Shown here: piece after piece, positions 7,104 to 14,305 of the stretch
Numbering within the stretch: position 1 is the stretch's first letter
Layout: the number at the start of each line of letters is the position of its first letter
Origin: a bacterium
Lineage (GTDB): Bacteria; AUK180
Reading direction: 5' to 3'
Length of the DNA stretch: 34,210 bases
Assembly: GCA_021162505.1 (NCBI GenBank)
Contig: JAGGYO010000139.1
Coordinates: forward strand, 1-34,210
Translations under genes and position numbers: made by a program
Notes under the pieces: model-generated
Databases searched by the model: none
The model's input: only the letters and a program-made list of their open reading frames with translations
What the model was told of the DNA's origin: nothing

Positions 7104-8810
7104 ATGAAAAGATTTTTTATTTTATTAACTCTATTGTTCACCGTTTTATTAAGTGCAGGTGAATTAACAGTTACATTCCTTAATATTAATCAAGGAGACA
7201 GCATATTACTATCAATGCCAAATGGTAAGCATTATTTGGTAGATGGCGGTCAACCTGCATACTATGATCCTGTAAAGGATATCTATTATTCCCATTTTGA
7301 TGCCGGCAAAGACATAATTGTTCCTTATTTAAAATCACATGGAATAAAAAAAATCGACGGAATTTTAGGAACACATCCTGATGCGGATCATATTGGCGGT
7401 TTGATCTATGTTATGAATAATTTCCCTGTTGAAAATGCCTATTATACAGGCAAAAGCCATACTTCAATGACATATAAGAATTTTATGCTTGCCATTAAGG
7501 ATAATAATATCAAATATCATGAAATTCGTGATGAAGATATTTTAAATTGGGATGCCAGCGTTTTGATCAATGTACTTGGTCCTACTGAGAATGAAGTTAA
7601 ATATCCGACCAATAATAATAATACATCAATTGTTCTTTATATTAAGTATGGAAATGTTAAATTTTTATTGGCCGGTGATGCAGAATTTAAAGAGGAATCC
7701 CGAATTATTGCAGAATATGGTGAAAACCTGCATGCTGATATTTTAAAGTTCGGTCATCATGGTTCAAAAGGCGCTTCAAGCGCTCCGTTTTTAAAAGCAG
7801 TCAACCCTGATTTCGGTATTTTATCATGCGGGGCTAATAATAAATTCGGCTTCCCTCATAAAGAAACACTGATAAGGATCTATAATGAGAATCCTAAAAT
7901 GAAGATTGTAAGAACCGATTATAATGGGAATATTTCTTTTATTACCGATGGCAAAACCATAAAAATCGAACCTAAAAAGGATAAGGTATTTACAATTTCA
8001 GAGATTTTAAAACAAGAAAACATTGATCTGGTATCCGGGAAAAAAGATTATAGTGTAAATGTTCCTGCTGATATCCAAAAAGTCGATATAAACAAAGCGA
8101 ATAAGGAAGAGCTCATTAGCTTACCCAGGGTGGGTCCTGCAACAGCAGAAAATATATTGAACTATAGAAAAACCCATGGTGCTTTTAAGACCATTCATGA
8201 TATTGTTAATGTCCCGCGTATTGGTGAAAAAACATTTGAAAAGATGGCATCATATATTATGGTTTCGGGTGAGGTAATAAAAAGCAATACTCCAAATGAG
8301 AAAGTAGAAAAAAGTTCGGAGAATGTTTCAAACAATAATTTGATAAATATTAATACTGCATCTTCAAAGGAACTGGAAACATTACCCCGGGTCGGTCCCA
8401 AAACGGCTCAAAATATCATTAATTATAGAAATGAGAACGGGGCTTTCAAAACCATTCATGATATAACAAATGTCCCGCGTATCGGAGAAAAGACATTTCA
8501 GAATTTAAAACCTCATATTATGGTTTCAGGGGAGGTAATCACTACTTCTAATGTCGGAAGCAATAAACAAAATAGTACCACCTATAGTCCCAATATAAAG
8601 AAAGTTAATATTAATACTGCATCGCAAAAAGAACTTGAAACCCTATCAAGGGTAGGACCGAAAACCGCGCAGAATATTATAAACTACAGAACGGAAAACG
8701 GACCATTTAAAAATATTCATGATATAACGAATGTTCCGCGTATCGGAGAAAAGACATTTCAAAATTTAAAACCATATATTACAGTTTCCGAGAATGAAAA
8801 AAAAAAATAA
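7104..8810 (+). CDS. Exported ComEC-type MBL (putative nuclease) domain fused to three ComEA-type helix-hairpin-helix modules
   Basis: Signal peptide MKRFFILLTLLFTVLLSAG. ComEC C-terminal-domain signatures are LTVTFLNINQGDSILL...LVDGG, GTHPDADHIGGL, LLAGDAE, LKFGHHGSKGASS and GILSCGANNKFGFPHKETL...VRTDYNGNI. Three ComEA modules follow. A TTG at 7101 is an alternative start. Confidence 0.8.
   Translation: MKRFFILLTLLFTVLLSAGELTVTFLNINQGDSILLSMPNGKHYLVDGGQPAYYDPVKDIYYSHFDAGKDIIVPYLKSHGIKKIDGILGTHPDADHIGGLIYVMNNFPVENAYYTGKSHTSMTYKNFMLAIKDNNIKYHEIRDEDILNWDASVLINVLGPTENEVKYPTNNNNTSIVLYIKYGNVKFLLAGDAEFKEESRIIAEYGENLHADILKFGHHGSKGASSAPFLKAVNPDFGILSCGANNKFGFPHKETLIRIYNENPKMKIVRTDYNGNISFITDGKTIKIEPKKDKVFTISEILKQENIDLVSGKKDYSVNVPADIQKVDINKANKEELISLPRVGPATAENILNYRKTHGAFKTIHDIVNVPRIGEKTFEKMASYIMVSGEVIKSNTPNEKVEKSSENVSNNNLININTASSKELETLPRVGPKTAQNIINYRNENGAFKTIHDITNVPRIGEKTFQNLKPHIMVSGEVITTSNVGSNKQNSTTYSPNIKKVNINTASQKELETLSRVGPKTAQNIINYRTENGPFKNIHDITNVPRIGEKTFQNLKPYITVSENEKKK
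8081..8783 (+). repeat. Intragenic triplication of a ~180-nt ComEA/HhH module (approx. 8081-8260, 8339-8521, 8601-8783)
   Basis: Modules 2 and 3 are about 85% identical at protein level by eye. They share the near-identical run CGCGTATCGGAGAAAAGACATTTCA(G/A)AATTTAAAACC. Elsewhere they differ at many synonymous positions. Confidence 0.8.
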
Positions 8811-8980
8811 TGATCAAAGAAAAGATTGATAATACGAAGAATATAGAGGTTAATACAGAGAAAAAAGTTCAGCAAGAGGATAATTCCACTAAAGAAATAA
8901 AAAAAGACAAGCCCTTTTTATTAGTGAGCATAGGGATTATGATCATTGTTTTAGCAGGGATTTTTCTAGCGAATAATTAA
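8810..8980 (+). CDS. Small tail-anchored membrane protein (56 aa), below the ORF-track cutoff
   Basis: The ATG at 8810 shares its A with the upstream TAA stop. Translation is MIKEKIDNTKNIEVNTEKKVQQEDNSTKEIKKDKPFLLVSIGIMIIVLAGIFLANN. Its topology matches the 6866 ORF. It may instead be the C-terminus of the upstream gene, reached by a -1 shift at the A11 tract. Confidence 0.4.
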   Translation: MIKEKIDNTKNIEVNTEKKVQQEDNSTKEIKKDKPFLLVSIGIMIIVLAGIFLANN

Positions 8981-9046
8981 GAAAATATTTATGAGAAAAA
9001 GAGAAAAATCCGGATCTATAGAGAATTTCACAAGGAGGTACTATTA

Positions 9047-10054
9047 ATGGACCTTAATTCTATATACAATGATGCGTTAGATGACCTCAAAAATATCAAA
9101 AACAAGGGAGATCTTCCTTTGATAAAGTCAAAATATATTGGTAGAAAAGGAAAAGTGACGGAATTATTCAAAGAACTCACATCTTTGCCAAAGGAAGAGA
9201 GAAAAGATTTTGGCCAAAAGATCAATGAAGTACAAAATAAACTAAAAGAACTTTTTGAAGAACATGAAGAGAAATTCCGTTTAAACGCTTTCAATATAAA
9301 ACTAAACGATATTACTCGAGATGCCTATCCCATAGAATCGGGTAGAACTCATATTTTAAATCAGACATATGAAGACATTTACAATGTATTTAAGTCCATG
9401 GGATTCACCGTGGTTGAAGGACCTGAGATTGAAGACGAATTCCATAATTTTGAGGCATTGAATTTTCCCAAAAGCCATCCGGCAAGGGATACCCAGGACT
9501 CATTCTTTTTTGATGATAAAAGTTTATTGAGGACCCATACTTCTCCAGTGCAGATCAGGATTATGGAAAGTTGGGAACCACCTTTTGCAGTGATCTCTCC
9601 CGGAAAGTGTTATAGACGAGACACAATTGATGCTTCTCACTCCTTTATGTTCAATCAGATCGAGGGTTTCCTTGTTGACGAGGATATTGGTGTGGGGCAT
9701 TTAAAAGCAATTCTCGATATTTTTGTTCAAAAGATATTCGGTGAAGATGTCAAATTCCGCCTAAGACCACATTTCTTTCCGTTTACTGAGCCCAGTATGG
9801 AAATTGACATAGGGTGTATATTCTGCGGTGGCAAGGGATGTAATGTTTGTAAAAATACCGGTTGGATAGAAATTATGGGTGCCGGAATAATTGATCCCAA
9901 TGTATTTACTTTATCAGGTATTGATCCTGAAAAACATTCAGGATTTGCATTCGGTATGGGTGTTGAAAGGATTGCAATGTTAAGGCAAAATATTAATGAT
10001 ATGCGTCTTATTTATGGAAATGATCTGGAATTTTTAAAACAATTCAGAGGTTGA
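9047..10054 (+). CDS. pheS: Phenylalanine--tRNA ligase alpha subunit
   Basis: 335-aa ORF with AAGGAGG upstream. Class II signatures are FPKSHPARDTQDSFF, LRTHTSPVQIR and GFAFGMGVERIAML. pheT follows directly. Confidence 0.95.
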   Translation: MDLNSIYNDALDDLKNIKNKGDLPLIKSKYIGRKGKVTELFKELTSLPKEERKDFGQKINEVQNKLKELFEEHEEKFRLNAFNIKLNDITRDAYPIESGRTHILNQTYEDIYNVFKSMGFTVVEGPEIEDEFHNFEALNFPKSHPARDTQDSFFFDDKSLLRTHTSPVQIRIMESWEPPFAVISPGKCYRRDTIDASHSFMFNQIEGFLVDEDIGVGHLKAILDIFVQKIFGEDVKFRLRPHFFPFTEPSMEIDIGCIFCGGKGCNVCKNTGWIEIMGAGIIDPNVFTLSGIDPEKHSGFAFGMGVERIAMLRQNINDMRLIYGNDLEFLKQFRG

Positions 10055-10057
10055 TTT

Positions 10058-12400
10058 ATGGAATACAGTTTAAAATGGATACAAAAATATATTGACATAG
10101 ACATTCCGGAACGGGAGTTATTTGAAAAATTATCAATGTCCGGTTCAGAAGTTGAGGGTTATAAGGAACTTTTAACCGAAATAGAAAATGTTTGTATTGG
10201 AAAAATACTGAAGATAGAAAAACATCCTAATGCTGATAAATTGCAGTATTGTGATGTAACCGACGGTAAAGAGACATTTAAAGTCGTTTGCGGTGCACAG
10301 AATATACATGAAAAAGATATTATTCCCTTTGCAAAGATCGGTGCCAAACTTCCCGGTGGAGTAAAGATCAAAAAATCTAAGATCAGGGGAGTTGAATCAC
10401 AAGGTATGCTTTGTTCTCAAAAAGAATTGGGTTTTGGAGAAGACCACACGGGAATTTTTATTTTAGATGCTCAGTATAAAGTGGGTGAGAATTTTAAGAA
10501 ATATTTCGATGATATGATCTTTGAAATAGAGATTACACCAAATAGACCTGATCTATTATCCCATATTGGATTGGTAAGAGAGATAGGAGCGCTTTTGGGT
10601 AAGGGAACTCGAAAACCTGCTGTTGAAGAGATCAGAAATACTGTTGATTCTCCCATAAAGGTGAAGATTGAGGCAAAAGATGCTTGTCCAAGATACTCTG
10701 CAATTTATATCAGCGGCATCACTAATGGAGAAAGTACAGAGGAAATTACTTATTTTATTAAAACCATGGGATTGAATTCTAAGGGCTTGCTGGTTGATAT
10801 TTCTAACTTTAATCTTTTTGATATTGGTCATCCTACGCATTTTTTTGATGCGGATAAGATCGATGGAAATATTACGGTCAGATTTGCAAAAAAAGGAGAA
10901 AAATGCACCACCATTGATAAAGAAAATAGGGTATTATCAAATAAAGATCTTGTAATTGCAGATGATAAGAAGATCATTGCTCTTGCAGGTGTAATGGGCT
11001 GCATGAACAGTGAAGTTGATAAAAATACAAAAAACCTATTTATTGAAAGTGCTATTTTTGCACCATCCTATATTAGAGAGACTAAAAAACATTATGGAAT
11101 AATGAGCGATGCGGCATATCGTTTCGAAAGAGGTGTCGACCCGGAAATAACACCGTTTAGCATTAAGAGAGTGGTATACCTTTTAAAGCAAAATACCACA
11201 TTTAGCGGAACCTCGAATATTCTTGATAGTTATCCCGGCAGACGGGATCTTCCCATAATCACTTTAAAAAAGGAAAATGTTGAAAAGATCTTGAATATTG
11301 ATCTTGCATTGGATAAGATCACGGATATTTTACGCTCCCTTGGGTATAAAGTAGAAAAATTGATCAATAACGACATAAAAGTCCTTGTTCCTTCATTTAG
11401 ATCTTATGATACTCTTAGGGAGATTGATCTCATTGAAGAGATCGGTAGAATTTACGGTTTCAATAATGTTCCCGAAATAAGACCCTATATCAGAGGTAAG
11501 GTGAGAACAAATGTGTTTTGGGATTTAAAATTCAAAATAAGAAAATATTTGTCCGGCCGCGGTTTTTATGAAACAATGACCTTCTCTCTCATAGATGAGA
11601 CCTATATAAAAAATTTGGGATATAAAGGCAAGATAAAAAGTTTATCCAACCCCTTAAATATTGAGCAAAACATCTTTTCCCCCTGGATATTTCCTCGTCT
11701 TTTAAGGGTATTGAAGGGTAATTTGAAATATAAAAACAAAAATATTCGTCTTTTCGAAATAAGCCATATTTATGATGGTGAGGAAAAAGAGGCTATCTCA
11801 TTTTTACTTTATGGGAATCAAGAATTGATCAATTGGAGAAATAAAGAACCCAATGAAATGGATATTTTCAACTTAAAAGGTGAACTCAATGCTTTCTTTG
11901 ATTTGATTGGGCAAAATGATCTCATATATAAAAATGAGGAATTACCGTTTTTAGTAAAGGGTAATAGCGGAGGCATTTATAAGGGTGAAGAATATCTTGG
12001 TTTCATTGGTATGGTATCACCGGAATTTCTTCCCTCAAAAAGAATAGAAAAACCTGTTTTTATTGCAGAACTTGTTCTGGAACCTTTATTAAAAAAAGGG
12101 ATCGTAAAATATACTCCAATCTCGCAATATCCGGCTATAGAAAGAGATATATCAATGATATTCAAAAAAGATATTCAGATAAGCGAAATTAAAGCATTAA
12201 TAGAAAAGAATGGCACCGTGAACCTTAGGGAAATAAATCTCATGGATGTATATGAGATGAATGACAAAGAAGATGCCCTTATGTTCAGATTGATCTTTCA
12301 ATCTCAAAGTAAGACATTGAACGATAAAGCAATAGAATATCTCATGGGTAAGATAATAGGATCTCTTGAGGAGAAATTAAGTGGCAGACTTAGAAAATAA
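10058..12400 (+). CDS. pheT: Phenylalanine--tRNA ligase beta subunit
   Basis: 780-aa ORF. It has the N-terminal tRNA-binding domain (IEKHPNADKLQYCDV...GVESQGMLCS). B3/4 and B5 regions and a C-terminal FDX-ACB-like domain follow. It starts 3 nt after pheS. Confidence 0.95.
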   Translation: MEYSLKWIQKYIDIDIPERELFEKLSMSGSEVEGYKELLTEIENVCIGKILKIEKHPNADKLQYCDVTDGKETFKVVCGAQNIHEKDIIPFAKIGAKLPGGVKIKKSKIRGVESQGMLCSQKELGFGEDHTGIFILDAQYKVGENFKKYFDDMIFEIEITPNRPDLLSHIGLVREIGALLGKGTRKPAVEEIRNTVDSPIKVKIEAKDACPRYSAIYISGITNGESTEEITYFIKTMGLNSKGLLVDISNFNLFDIGHPTHFFDADKIDGNITVRFAKKGEKCTTIDKENRVLSNKDLVIADDKKIIALAGVMGCMNSEVDKNTKNLFIESAIFAPSYIRETKKHYGIMSDAAYRFERGVDPEITPFSIKRVVYLLKQNTTFSGTSNILDSYPGRRDLPIITLKKENVEKILNIDLALDKITDILRSLGYKVEKLINNDIKVLVPSFRSYDTLREIDLIEEIGRIYGFNNVPEIRPYIRGKVRTNVFWDLKFKIRKYLSGRGFYETMTFSLIDETYIKNLGYKGKIKSLSNPLNIEQNIFSPWIFPRLLRVLKGNLKYKNKNIRLFEISHIYDGEEKEAISFLLYGNQELINWRNKEPNEMDIFNLKGELNAFFDLIGQNDLIYKNEELPFLVKGNSGGIYKGEEYLGFIGMVSPEFLPSKRIEKPVFIAELVLEPLLKKGIVKYTPISQYPAIERDISMIFKKDIQISEIKALIEKNGTVNLREINLMDVYEMNDKEDALMFRLIFQSQSKTLNDKAIEYLMGKIIGSLEEKLSGRLRK

Positions 12401-12581
12401 TATTGACGAAAGATTTAAAAAGGTAATAAAAAATATATATACCTATTTTAAGAAGGTAGATAAATTAGAAAAGAGGACACTACATTTGAGAAAAGAACTT
12501 TTGCATACGCGAGAGGAACTTTTGGATATTAGAGATTTTTTAGAAGAGGTCAAAAAGAAAAAAGATGATAAAAGAGATTAG
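12381..12581 (+). CDS. Small coiled-coil protein, function unknown
   Basis: 66-aa ORF with a GTG start. It overlaps the pheT end by 20 nt and the next gene by 17 nt. The charged heptad-like sequence suggests a coiled coil. Confidence 0.4.
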   Translation: MADLENNIDERFKKVIKNIYTYFKKVDKLEKRTLHLRKELLHTREELLDIRDFLEEVKKKKDDKRD

Positions 12582-12879
12582 AATAGGTACCATATCCTTC
12601 AAATTGAATTATAAATCGAAGGAAGCCGGACAAAAACTGGATGAGATCCAGGAATACATAGAAAAGAAAATCCAGGTCATTCGCAAAAAAATAGGTAATA
12701 AGGATTTCGATCATATTATGGCCGCGATCATTCTTGATGTACTTGATGAATATTGGGAAGCCATCAGCCCGGGTAAAAAAGTAAATAATAAGGGTACACT
12801 TCTTGACAAAATGGATATCTTGAATAACAAAATATTAGGTAAAATAGAGGAATTAGATGAAAACATGGGTAAATTTTAA
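12565..12879 (+). CDS. zapA: ZapA-like cell-division protein
   Basis: 104-aa ORF. The pattern IRIGTISFKLNYKSKEAGQKLDEIQEYIEKKI...IMAAIILDVLDEY resembles ZapA. zapA downstream of pheST is a known arrangement in some bacteria (e.g. Bacillus). Confidence 0.5.
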   Translation: MIKEIRIGTISFKLNYKSKEAGQKLDEIQEYIEKKIQVIRKKIGNKDFDHIMAAIILDVLDEYWEAISPGKKVNNKGTLLDKMDILNNKILGKIEELDENMGKF

Positions 12880-14305
12880 AAAGATTGGAACTTTTTTTTC
12901 CTGTCCATTGAGGTATAAAAAAATGTATCTTTCAAATAGGGAAAAGGGTTCATGGACCCCGAACAGCAATATTGAGAACTTAAAGAAAAACATTTTAAGG
13001 ATCTTTCAGGAAGAAACAAAATTATTAAAGGGGCGTAAGCCTAATGTTTATGATAATATTGATTTTGAAGAAGGAAAATTAAGTGAAGAAAGATTGAAAC
13101 AATTTCAGGAAAATTTGGATACCTTTCAAAATGAGCACAAACTTTCAAATTTAACCGCATACTCCAAGCCTCTTTTTGTGGGATATAATGACAATATTGG
13201 GCTTTTTGCCAATATAGATATTACCATGAGAGTGAACTCCCAACTCACTGCTGTAATTTTGGAGTTTTACGGTTACCAGAAGAGCGTGGAGACCATTGGT
13301 GATAATAAAGAACATTCTTTTAATTCTTATGTAATAAATGAGAAGATAAAGGGTGTCAAAAATATCCTGTATATTTATCCCAATTTTAATAATATTCTTT
13401 TGGTACCGGTGAGCGAAGAAAATATAGAAGATGGGAAAAAGTATGTTGAGAATTTCGTTCATTCTTTAAATAGCTCTGATTTTAATGCTCCCCCCGGCGG
13501 GTTCTGCGATTATTGTGATTTTCAAGAAGAATGTCCTTCTTGGAAGGAATATCCCTTTGAATTGAGTAAAGAAAAGCGTCGGGAACTTTTCAGATTAAGC
13601 TATTCAAAATTGGATGTTTTTAAGAGATGTCCCTTTTCATATAAAAAGATCTATGTCGAAAAGATCCCACAGCGAAGCAGAGATTTTTTCAGTATAGGAA
13701 CCACTGTACACAATGTGATGGAAGAAATTGAACAATTAGATACACCGCCTACCGTTGATGAAGTTCACGAACTCTATCTTAAACATTGGATATCCAGGGG
13801 TTTTGAAAACAAAGCTCAAGAGGAAGAAGAAAAAAGGTATACCTGGAAATGGTTCAGAAAATACCTGGAAGAGATAGCTTTAAAACCTTTCATTAAAGCA
13901 GAGAACACAGAGCTATATTTTCAATTCCCTATTGAGAAAAAAGTAATGGTAAATGGTTTTATTGATAGAATAGATAAATTGGAAGACGGTACCTATGAGA
14001 TTATTGACTATAAGACAGAAGATTCAATTAGGAGCCAGGAAGATGTTGATCACGATATGCAGCTCACCGTTTACTTTTGGGCGGTAAAAAAATTAGGAAT
14101 GAAGGTTTCAAAAATGAGTCTGCATTTTACGAGATTTCAAAAGATCGTTTCCACTACCCGAAAAGATGATGATATTGAGAAATTTGAAAGAGAGATATCC
14201 AATTGGGTAGATAAGATAAAGGCTGAAGAAGATTTTTCTCCTAAGGAAAACAAATATTGCAATAATTGTGATTTCCGACATATTTGTCCCCTTTTTAAAA
14301 AATGA
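12857..14305 (+). CDS. Tandem-duplicated PD-(D/E)XK nuclease of the Cas4/AddB iron-staple type (two four-cysteine units; only the second has an intact catalytic motif)
   Basis: 482-aa ORF. First half: SCPLRYKK ... CDYCDFQEEC. Second half: RCPFSYKK ... GFIDRIDKLEDGTYEIIDYKT ... QLTVY ... CNNCDFRHIC. Each half shows the C...CxxCx5C pattern. Confidence 0.75.
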   Translation: MKTWVNFKKIGTFFSCPLRYKKMYLSNREKGSWTPNSNIENLKKNILRIFQEETKLLKGRKPNVYDNIDFEEGKLSEERLKQFQENLDTFQNEHKLSNLTAYSKPLFVGYNDNIGLFANIDITMRVNSQLTAVILEFYGYQKSVETIGDNKEHSFNSYVINEKIKGVKNILYIYPNFNNILLVPVSEENIEDGKKYVENFVHSLNSSDFNAPPGGFCDYCDFQEECPSWKEYPFELSKEKRRELFRLSYSKLDVFKRCPFSYKKIYVEKIPQRSRDFFSIGTTVHNVMEEIEQLDTPPTVDEVHELYLKHWISRGFENKAQEEEEKRYTWKWFRKYLEEIALKPFIKAENTELYFQFPIEKKVMVNGFIDRIDKLEDGTYEIIDYKTEDSIRSQEDVDHDMQLTVYFWAVKKLGMKVSKMSLHFTRFQKIVSTTRKDDDIEKFEREISNWVDKIKAEEDFSPKENKYCNNCDFRHICPLFKK

